Shown piece after piece: positions 24,423-31,472 of a DNA stretch of 64,000 bases. The notes under the pieces were generated by a model. It saw only the letters and a list, made by a program, of their open reading frames with translations. It was not told the DNA's origin and made no database searches. This DNA is from a virus. The position numbers and the translations under genes were made by a program. Numbering within the stretch: the stretch's first letter is position 1; every line of letters begins with the position of its first letter. The DNA lies in IMG/VR virus record IMGVR_UViG_3300045988_124082. The stretch is one strand, 5' to 3'.

Positions 24423-24459
24423 ACATGTCGCCAATGTAGAGTATGTAGAAAGGAAAATC

Positions 24460-24996
24460 ATGAAAAGTTTATTTAAAGTATTGTATGAGCTGTCACAAGG
24501 AAACACCTTAATGATTAATAGTTGCATGTCTTTTAGAATGACAACTGATCTATACAAAAGACAAGTGAGATTTAAGAAGTATAAGGTTGTTGATCAAGGA
24601 AGCGTAGTAAGTGATGTGACATTGTGTAGTGGAGAGGTTATTGAGTATGATGACTTAATAAAGGAAGGAGATTTAGATTTTATATTACCAATTGAATTAA
24701 ACGAAAAAGAAAATCCATATGAGGTTATTGAATACCTGTATGGATTATTTTATTGTTCAGTTCCTGATAGATCTGCTGTTCAAAAGAAACAGAATTTTAT
24801 AGCAAAAGGATTAAATGATTTTGGGGCAAATGATTTTACAGGAATGAGAAGAAGTGAAATTCAGCCATTGTTAGAACTCTATGTGTTACTCGCTGGAATG
24901 AAAGGATGGATCACTTGGAAAGATGATAAGTTGTTCTTTTGGAAAGGTGAGCATAAGAGTTTGTATATATATAGAAAATGGATTTTAGGTTATTAG
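24460..24996 (+). CDS. Hypothetical protein (178 aa)
   Basis: ORF with RBS GAAAGGAAAATC. First gene after hairpin cluster 1. Confidence 0.65.
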   Translation: MKSLFKVLYELSQGNTLMINSCMSFRMTTDLYKRQVRFKKYKVVDQGSVVSDVTLCSGEVIEYDDLIKEGDLDFILPIELNEKENPYEVIEYLYGLFYCSVPDRSAVQKKQNFIAKGLNDFGANDFTGMRRSEIQPLLELYVLLAGMKGWITWKDDKLFFWKGEHKSLYIYRKWILGY

Positions 24997-25013
24997 GAAA
25001 GGAAGAACGTAAA

Positions 25014-25775
25014 ATGAATGTAGAAAAGAGTTTGGAAAAAGCAGGAGTAGACACAAAGAAATATCCTTCATTAGCTATGCAGAATATTTTAGGATATCAA
25101 GGGAAAGCGTTTGCAGAAAATTCATACCTGTATAGAAAGATCATGGGAGATGGGCATGTGTTTAATCCTTATATACACAGAAGATGGCTTCCATATCAGT
25201 TTATGAATGCTGTCCATTGGACAAGACAGTATTATGCAGAGACTATTGGTTATGTAAAGATGCTTGAAAAAGAATTGATGCGTGGCAATAATGTAGATAA
25301 TTGGAAATATATGTACGATAAATTTGGAAAAGAGCTTAATGCTTTATATACACTCTCAAAAAGAGATAAAAAAGCGTATAAAGAAAGATGGGCTGCTTTT
25401 GGAAGATTAGAAATTTTGAAATATTTCTCTCAAGGGTTTGATTGTGTAGGGATAAATCAAAATACATTTTTGGAAATGAAAAATTTATTAGCGGATGAAA
25501 GATTTGAAGCTGAACGATATTGGCGATATCCTAATTGTTTATTGTATAAACGGCCACAATTTAGAAAAGATTTGGTAACAACAACTTTCCATTCAGGAAT
25601 TTATTTTACATTAAAACATATTATGATGTTTGATTATGAAAAATTACATATGTCTTCATCCCAAAAAGAAAGCCTAAAACGGATTAGAGAAGATTTAATT
25701 AACGGAGATTTCAATTATGAGCAGGCTTTTACAATTATTGAAGATTACGTAGCAAGATATTACAATCCAAGATAG
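25014..25775 (+). CDS. Hypothetical protein (253 aa)
   Basis: Internal ATG behind AGGAAAGGAAG is preferred over 24978, which overlaps the previous gene. Confidence 0.6.
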   Translation: MNVEKSLEKAGVDTKKYPSLAMQNILGYQGKAFAENSYLYRKIMGDGHVFNPYIHRRWLPYQFMNAVHWTRQYYAETIGYVKMLEKELMRGNNVDNWKYMYDKFGKELNALYTLSKRDKKAYKERWAAFGRLEILKYFSQGFDCVGINQNTFLEMKNLLADERFEAERYWRYPNCLLYKRPQFRKDLVTTTFHSGIYFTLKHIMMFDYEKLHMSSSQKESLKRIREDLINGDFNYEQAFTIIEDYVARYYNPR

Positions 25776-25788
25776 AGAGGGGAATTAT

Positions 25789-26286
25789 ATGCCAGAAGAA
25801 GTAAAAGAATTAACTATTAAAGAAGCAGATGAGTTTATTAAAAAGAAAGTAATCGGAGTTCTCATAAAAGCAGATGTAACAATCATAGTAAATGAATTAG
25901 AAGCTATTTATGGAGATTCGTTAGCAAATGGAACGGTTGGAGATTCGTTTTATATTTATAACTGTCCAGAAAATTATGATGAATCAGATTATGAAGAGCT
26001 TGAGTATATTGATTATGATGATATGTATGAAGATGATATTCGTGAAGAGAGAGCTGAAGCAGGAGATTTTAATCTTAAAGTATATAAGTGGTTCATTGTT
26101 GATCCAAGATTTACAGAATTATTAAAAGATTTGGGCGAGATAGTTGCTCCAGATATTAACCTTTGGGGATGTTGTGAAGACATTGAAGACGCAAGCGAAG
26201 CAACTGTAATTGAAGAATTTTTTGAAAGAATGCAGATTCTGTATGGACAAAAGAATGCAATTATTACAGAAAAGCTGAGTGCTTAA
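25789..26286 (+). CDS. Highly acidic hypothetical protein (possible DNA mimic; speculative)
   Basis: ORF plus RBS GAGAGGGGAA. Contains the stretch ENYDESDYEELEYIDYDDMYEDDIREERAEAGD. Confidence 0.65.
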   Translation: MPEEVKELTIKEADEFIKKKVIGVLIKADVTIIVNELEAIYGDSLANGTVGDSFYIYNCPENYDESDYEELEYIDYDDMYEDDIREERAEAGDFNLKVYKWFIVDPRFTELLKDLGEIVAPDINLWGCCEDIEDASEATVIEEFFERMQILYGQKNAIITEKLSA

Positions 26287-26290
26287 ACCA

Positions 26291-26332
26291 ACAAAAGGGA
26301 GATGTACCCTTTGTAGAAATACTTATCATAAA
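26291..26332 (+). repeat. Hairpin-box unit 4a: short hairpin plus ATCATAAA box (26325-26332)
   Basis: ACAAAAGGG-agatgta-CCCTTTGT, then agaaatactt-ATCATAAA. Confidence 0.5.
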
Positions 26333-26337
26333 CCATC

Positions 26338-26454
26338 GAAGAAGGAGGATCTTCAGAACCCTCCGCATTGATTACGTTAAACATCACTTCGTAATGATTT
26401 AACAGCATCAACTGCGAGAGGAGTTCATGAAGATCCTCCTTCTTGAATCATAAA
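26338..26454 (+). repeat. Hairpin-box unit 4b: ~108-nt hairpin plus ATCATAAA box (26447-26454)
   Basis: The 16-bp basal stem pairs GAAGAAGGAGGATCTT with AAGATCCTCCTTCTT. An inner stem pairs ATTACG with CGTAAT. Confidence 0.6.
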
Positions 26455-26550
26455 TACATAGAGGAATACATCAAAGATAAGTTGTTCTACATTTTTTGCA
26501 AGAGATATACTTGCTGATTTAATGAATTGTGTTTGAATCACTCACATAAT

Positions 26551-26681
26551 CGGGAGAAAGGAGGCATAATCTCATCTCCTCCACTGGCAAGCCAGGGAGG
26601 ACTTGATGAGATTACATTCCGCTGCGGCGTCATTGTGCCTCCATTCTCCTGATCATGTTTGATCATAAACCAATAGAGAAA
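26551..26681 (+). repeat. Hairpin-box unit 5: ~99-nt hairpin plus the 20-nt box ATCATAAACCAATAGAGAAA
   Basis: Stems GGGAGAA.GGAGGCA/TGCCTCC.TTCTCC, AATCTCATC/GATGAGATT and CCTCC/GGAGG. Box at 26662-26681. Confidence 0.6.
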
Positions 26682-26742
26682 TATATCACCTCACAATGAG
26701 TTAAATCTGTAACTATTAATTTACATAGAAAAGGAGAAACAG

Positions 26743-27312
26743 ATGAAAGCGATTTTTAAAGGAGAAAAAGTTGTAAGAACTAAATTAACATTAGACACTG
26801 GACTTGAAAGACTGGAAGGATCGGATGTTAGCTATTTTGTGAGACGACCTAAGCTGACACATGAAGTAAGTGAAGAAAAGGGTGGAATCATTTTAGAAAA
26901 GGATCTTTCTTTTAATAAAATCTTACTCTTAAAAGATGCTAATGAAGTGACAGTTGATGAATTTACATTTGTATTATCAGGCATTATTGATTACAACTTA
27001 GATGAAGAATGTGTAGTTTTTTACACAGACGCTTGTTGTTCAATTGAAGATACAGATGGGCAGAACAAAATCGAAGCCTATCATAAACTTTTGGATGCAT
27101 ATGAAAAGCAGGTAGGAACGAAAGAAAGTCAAGAGGAAGAATGCGATTGTGCTTACTGTAATGGAGATTACGTTTGTGCTTTTTGTAGAGATGATGATGA
27201 ATCAGAATTAGATGATGAAGAGGACATCGGAAAGAAAGCAATGGATAATCTAGAAGATCTAAATAAAATTCTTGCAGAGTTCTTCGGGGATATTCCGGGA
27301 TTCAAGTGTTAG
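26743..27312 (+). CDS. Hypothetical acidic Cys-rich protein
   Basis: RBS AAAAGGAGAAAC; CDCAYCNGDYVCAFC. Confidence 0.65.
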   Translation: MKAIFKGEKVVRTKLTLDTGLERLEGSDVSYFVRRPKLTHEVSEEKGGIILEKDLSFNKILLLKDANEVTVDEFTFVLSGIIDYNLDEECVVFYTDACCSIEDTDGQNKIEAYHKLLDAYEKQVGTKESQEEECDCAYCNGDYVCAFCRDDDESELDDEEDIGKKAMDNLEDLNKILAEFFGDIPGFKC

Positions 27313-27328
27313 TTAAAGATTGATATTG

Positions 27329-27359
27329 AGAGAGACACTTCGTATGAGGTGTCTCTTTT
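27329..27359 (+). terminator. Rho-independent terminator
   Basis: AGAGACACT-tcgtatga-GGTGTCTCT followed by T4. Confidence 0.7.
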
Positions 27360-27397
27360 AGTATATAGATTTTTTAGAAAGGAGATGAAAAAGGAAA

Positions 27398-28192
27398 ATG
27401 GCAACAGAGTTTGACAAACGAATGAAAGCTTATGAATGTGTCTCAAGACAGTACTTAACAAGAAGAGTACCAGTTGCAATTAGGGTAGATGGAAAGGCAT
27501 TTCATACATTCACTAGAGGGTTTCAGAAACCATTTGATGAAGTGCTTAGCAACACAATGCAAGCCACAATGATGAAAATGTGTAGACAGATTCAGGGTTG
27601 TGTGTTTGCTTACACACAGAGTGATGAAATTACATTTATTCTTATCGATTATCAGAAGCTAAATTCTGATGGCTGGTTTAACTACCGTACTGATAAGATG
27701 TGTAGCATTGCAGCGAGTATGGCTACTATGGAGTTCAATAAGGCTTTTAGTGCTTTTGTTTATGGATTTAAGGTAAACAAGGGAGAAGACATATCAAGCG
27801 AAGATATGGAAGTGCTTAAGGCCTATGAGAAATCTAAGGAACGTGGAGCTATGTTTGATGCTAGAGCGTTCTCAATTCCAAAAGAAGAAGTCACAAACTT
27901 AATCTATTGGAGACAACAGGATGCTATGAGAAATGCAGTTCAGATGGTTGGACAAGCATTTTATTCTCACAAAGAACTTCAGGGTGTTAATTGTGAAATG
28001 CTTAAAGAAATGTTACTGGCTGATAAGGGAATTGAATGGGATAAGATTCCTGTGAAATACCAGAGAGGCAGTTGTTGTGTCAAGGTTGATGGTGAATGGA
28101 CTATTGACAATAACATTTCTATCTTCAGAGGTAGTGACAGAGAGCAAATTGATAAGCTTGTGTTTGTTGAGAGTGAAGAGGATCAGGAGTGA
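27398..28192 (+). CDS. Thg1-like protein (tRNA-His guanylyltransferase family, 3'-5' nucleotidyltransferase)
   Basis: FDKRMKAYE...RRVPVAIRVDGKAFHTFTRGFQKPFDE...VFAYTQSDEITFIL matches the Thg1/TLP N-terminal catalytic core pattern. Confidence 0.75.
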   Translation: MATEFDKRMKAYECVSRQYLTRRVPVAIRVDGKAFHTFTRGFQKPFDEVLSNTMQATMMKMCRQIQGCVFAYTQSDEITFILIDYQKLNSDGWFNYRTDKMCSIAASMATMEFNKAFSAFVYGFKVNKGEDISSEDMEVLKAYEKSKERGAMFDARAFSIPKEEVTNLIYWRQQDAMRNAVQMVGQAFYSHKELQGVNCEMLKEMLLADKGIEWDKIPVKYQRGSCCVKVDGEWTIDNNISIFRGSDREQIDKLVFVESEEDQE

Positions 28193-28214
28193 TCAGGAAG
28201 GAGAAATATGATTA

Positions 28215-28448
28215 GTGATTTATAAACATGAGAAAAGAACTGTAACGATAGAGGAAATTGAAATTAAATCATGCCCTTTTTGTGGTTCAGATGAAGTAAA
28301 ACCGATTTACTACAAAGAGCAATGGGGATGGTCAAATGCCGAAAACTTTGTTAAATGTTGCAGATGCGGAGCAAAAGGCCCTTTGATTTCAAGAGTTGAA
28401 GGTGACCATACCATTGAATCAATAAAAGCTTGGAATAGAAGAAACTAA
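28215..28448 (+). CDS. Lar-family restriction-alleviation-like zinc-ribbon protein
   Basis: CPFCGS...CCRCGAKGP...SIKAWNRR; GTG start. Confidence 0.6.
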   Translation: MIYKHEKRTVTIEEIEIKSCPFCGSDEVKPIYYKEQWGWSNAENFVKCCRCGAKGPLISRVEGDHTIESIKAWNRRN

Positions 28449-28464
28449 TCAGGAAGGAGGATAA

Positions 28465-29217
28465 ATGGGAGTAGAGACAAAAGAAATCCCATTCTATGAT
28501 GACACTTTGTTAGGTGTTAAAGATGAGGATGGTAAAGTTTGGTTGGCTGTTAGAAAAGCTTGTTTGGATATTGGGTTGTCAAATGAACAGGCTAAAAGAC
28601 AAATTAGAAATATTAGGAATTCCGAACTCTTTAAATCCAAGTGGGGCAAATTCGCCCCAGTTCAAAATGAGGGCGGAAGACAGGTGACTAGAGAAGTAAT
28701 TTGCATCCAAGAAAAATTTGTACCAATGTGGTTAGCTCAAATTACTCTTACGCCTAAGATGAAAAAAGAAAACCCAGAAGCGGTAAGCAAGTTACTCAGG
28801 TATCAGCTTGAAGCTGCTGATGTATTACATACGGCCTTCTATAAAACAGATAGACAGAAAGAGCTGTTACATGAGTCTTTAGGACTGGAAGGCAAAATTC
28901 TTAAAATGGAAGAGCAGATCGTAGCTTTTACAGAAACCATTAAAGAGCAAGCAGAAAGACTTGATAAAGTCATGGACAATATGACTATTGATACTAAAAA
29001 GCAGAGTCGTATTCAGAAAGCAGCAAAGGAAAGAGTAAGTGAATTACTTGGTGGAGCTCATTCAGGGCTTTATAAAGCTAAAGGTGCTTTGTATTTTGCA
29101 AATCTGTGGCATCAGTTTAGAGAACAGTTTGAATGTGGAACTTATAAAGATCTTAGTCCAAACGATTTTGAAGATGCAATTGATTTCATTGAGAGTTGGA
29201 CATATGTAGAAAGGTAG
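28465..29217 (+). CDS. Phage regulatory (antirepressor-like) protein with an ORF6C-type C-terminal domain
   Basis: C-terminal IQKAAKERVSELLGGAHSGLY...YFANLWHQFREQFECGTYKDL is paralogous to the C-terminus of 32793..33530. Confidence 0.6.
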   Translation: MGVETKEIPFYDDTLLGVKDEDGKVWLAVRKACLDIGLSNEQAKRQIRNIRNSELFKSKWGKFAPVQNEGGRQVTREVICIQEKFVPMWLAQITLTPKMKKENPEAVSKLLRYQLEAADVLHTAFYKTDRQKELLHESLGLEGKILKMEEQIVAFTETIKEQAERLDKVMDNMTIDTKKQSRIQKAAKERVSELLGGAHSGLYKAKGALYFANLWHQFREQFECGTYKDLSPNDFEDAIDFIESWTYVER

Positions 29218-29229
29218 AGGAAGTTTAAA

Positions 29230-30108
29230 ATGTTAATGTTTTTATTTAGAGTATTGTTGATTATTGCAACTATAGTGTTAATTGTTGTTGGGTGTTTTGA
29301 TTTCGATATACAGGAACCAAAGAAATCCAAGAAAGGTGCTTTATGGGCATTAGTTCCTATTGTGATTTTTGTACTTACATTGTGTGTTGTATATGTACCA
29401 TCTAATAATGTAGGAATCCGTTGGTCAGCGTTCAGTGGAACTAGCAGCAAGACATTAAATGAAGGAATTACATTCAAGAGTCCAATTGATAAGGTATTCC
29501 TTATTCCAACTACTGTAGAAGAGAGAACAATCAAAAACGTAAATGTGCAAACGAAAGATGCACAGTTTGTCAGAGCTGAAGTGAATGTTAAGTTCCGTGT
29601 TAATCAGAAAGACGCCTTTAAGGTATACAAGAGATACACAACACTTGACAACTTAAAGCAGAATATCATTAGCAACTATGCTCAGAAGAGTATTGAAACA
29701 GTTGTTACTCAGTACAATGTGATTGATACTCTTGGTGCTAAGAAAAATGAGATTTATGCTTTAGCTACAAAAGATTTACAGAATATGCTTAAAGATGAGG
29801 GTGTTGAGCTTGTGCAGCTGACTATCAAAGACATGAACGCAGGTAGTGAGATTGAAAAAGCGATCGCTGATGAGGCAGTTGCCAAGAAACGTGTAGAAAC
29901 AGCAGAGCAGAATCGTCTTAAGGCTAAGAAAGATGCTGAGACTAAGGTAGTTAATGCTAAAGCAGAAGCAGATGCAAACAAAATCTTAGAGAAACAGTTG
30001 ACAAATAAAATCTTAATTCAGCAGTGGATTGAGAAATGGAACGGAGAGGTTCCTAAAGTATCTGGTGATAGTAAATCTATGATCAATATTCAGGATCTCT
30101 TGAATTAG
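29230..30108 (+). CDS. SPFH/band-7 (prohibitin/HflC-like) membrane protein
   Basis: N-terminal TM helix, then VPSNNVGIRWSAFSG...FKSPIDKVFLIPTT...VQTKDAQFVRAEVNVKFRV, followed by a coiled coil. Confidence 0.7.
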   Translation: MLMFLFRVLLIIATIVLIVVGCFDFDIQEPKKSKKGALWALVPIVIFVLTLCVVYVPSNNVGIRWSAFSGTSSKTLNEGITFKSPIDKVFLIPTTVEERTIKNVNVQTKDAQFVRAEVNVKFRVNQKDAFKVYKRYTTLDNLKQNIISNYAQKSIETVVTQYNVIDTLGAKKNEIYALATKDLQNMLKDEGVELVQLTIKDMNAGSEIEKAIADEAVAKKRVETAEQNRLKAKKDAETKVVNAKAEADANKILEKQLTNKILIQQWIEKWNGEVPKVSGDSKSMINIQDLLN

Positions 30109-30114
30109 TATTGA

Positions 30115-30139
30115 GCCGGCTCGTAAGAGCTGGCATTTT
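30115..30139 (+). terminator. Rho-independent terminator abutting the tRNA-like gene
   Basis: GCCGGCTC-gtaa-GAGCTGGC followed by ATTTT. Confidence 0.7.
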
Positions 30140-30289
30140 GGGGACATAGCTTAATAGGTAAAGCAAAACTACATTCTTCCATAAAGAACTTAAAACTAAA
30201 ATTTTCATATTAAATATAAACATTTTGTACCTCCCTATTGTAATAAAATAACACTTATATTTATGTGGGTTCGAATCCCACTGTCCCCA
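30140..30289 (+). tRNA. tRNA-like gene with an aberrant ~95-nt AT-rich middle; anticodon not assignable
   Basis: 7-bp acceptor stem GGGGACA/TGTCCCC. D arm GCTT-AATAGGTA-AAGC (30149-30164). T arm GTGGG-TTCGAAT-CCCAC (30265-30281). Discriminator A, no encoded CCA. I could not fold a 5-bp anticodon stem in 30166-30259. Confidence 0.45.
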
Positions 30290-30331
30290 TTGTAGTTTTT
30301 AAATAAGTAAGTAAAGAAAGGAAGTAGAAGT

Positions 30332-30571
30332 ATGTTAATTGTAAGTCAGGAGAAATCTGAAGTCTATAATATACAGATGATGAAATGCTTGTATGTATCT
30401 CATTCTGGAGATTGGTTTTTTATCTCTATGGATCTCTTAGGAGATGGAAATGTAACCTTAGGAGATTTTGAATCATATGAAAGAGCGAATGAGGTATTAC
30501 TTAAAATTATAGAAGAATATAAGAACCGTATTCCAGATCAGAATACGGTTTTTTACATGCCACAGGAATAG
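30332..30571 (+). CDS. Hypothetical protein
   Basis: ORF plus RBS AAAGGAAGTAG. Confidence 0.6.
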   Translation: MLIVSQEKSEVYNIQMMKCLYVSHSGDWFFISMDLLGDGNVTLGDFESYERANEVLLKIIEEYKNRIPDQNTVFYMPQE

Positions 30572-30581
30572 AGGTGAGATT

Positions 30582-31076
30582 ATGGGAATTCGATATAAGT
30601 GTTTTTATCATTCAATTTATAAAAAAGACAACGGAGAATTAGACATAAGAACAAGAGATATATGTATAGGAGCTTTAGCTAGAGGTTATAAAAATTTAGA
30701 AGACTGTAAAACGAAATGTAGATCAAAAGGTATCTGTATTCCTATTATTCTCATTGAGAATATACTAATGGAATTTAAAGAACAGAAATTTACTTGGAAA
30801 GACATGGTTGAAATAGATGGGAAACATTATGAAGAAGAATTTCCCATTTCTGGATTAATGGATGATGAAAACACTTATCAAATTGATGAGTTTATAAATG
30901 CAGTTGCACTGAAACATAATGTATATCCAGAAAATATTAAAACGTATATAATGGATGGATTTAAACTATGTGGAAAAGATTTTGGATTCATTGACAGTGA
31001 TGATATAGATTATGCTCCACATAGAGCAGAATATGGATGTTATATCAATGGAACTCCAGAAGAGTGTTATGACTAG
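30582..31076 (+). CDS. Hypothetical protein
   Basis: ORF plus RBS GAGGTGAG. Confidence 0.6.
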   Translation: MGIRYKCFYHSIYKKDNGELDIRTRDICIGALARGYKNLEDCKTKCRSKGICIPIILIENILMEFKEQKFTWKDMVEIDGKHYEEEFPISGLMDDENTYQIDEFINAVALKHNVYPENIKTYIMDGFKLCGKDFGFIDSDDIDYAPHRAEYGCYINGTPEECYD

Positions 31077-31159
31077 AGAGGTGAGAGCAGTGGAAATGAT
31101 CGAAGTAGAAATTAGACCAGAAGTACGTGAACAGTGTAATAACTGAGAGAGGAGAATTT

Positions 31160-31459
31160 ATGAGAGTAAGAGAGCTTTTAGATAAAGTAATTGAGTTAAA
31201 TGGAGAATTTTTAGAGAAACAGATAAAAGGGGAAATTGATCATAGTTTTAGAGATCCTGATACTATTTTAGCAGATCTTATGGATGATCAGGATTTTGAA
31301 ACAAGTGCGACAGCAATTGAATTATTTTCAATTTACAGAGATCAAGAGAATGGGCATGAGACTTTTAATGACATGTTCAGATTCTTTACAGGAAAGGAAT
31401 TCGATGATTATCTGAAAGAATGTAAAGAAGTTTTAGAGCATGAGATCGATAGAAGTTAG
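31160..31459 (+). CDS. Hypothetical acidic protein
   Basis: Internal ATG behind GAGAGAGGAG is preferred over GTG 31127. Confidence 0.6.
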   Translation: MRVRELLDKVIELNGEFLEKQIKGEIDHSFRDPDTILADLMDDQDFETSATAIELFSIYRDQENGHETFNDMFRFFTGKEFDDYLKECKEVLEHEIDRS

Positions 31460-31472
31460 GAGAGTGACCAAA

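Noticed and set aside
22639-24459. Diversity-generating retroelement (RT plus template/variable repeats)
   Set aside because: I found no ~100-bp repeat pair with adenine-specific differences near the RT or at the 3' ends of neighbouring genes. RT motif 4 (TQGCAVSTFFAN) does not look DGR-like. The only shared element between genes is the 18-21-nt tail-coding sequence.
24201-24557. Minus-strand ORF 24201..24557 across hairpin units 2-3
   Set aside because: It has no RBS. It runs antisense through the palindromic hairpins and into the start of the plus-strand gene at 24460, so it is most likely fortuitous.
26338-26649. Hairpin units 4b and 5 as ordinary Rho-independent terminators
   Set aside because: The stems span about 100 nt with multiple internal loops. 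They are not followed by T runs but by the conserved ATCATAAA box. Ordinary terminators elsewhere in this window are 20-45 nt with T5-T7 tails.
30140-30289. tmRNA or two-piece tmRNA
   Set aside because: The acceptor has G3-C70 instead of the G-U alanine identity pair. The element is only ~150 nt, and the AT-rich middle is full of stops with no plausible tag reading frame.
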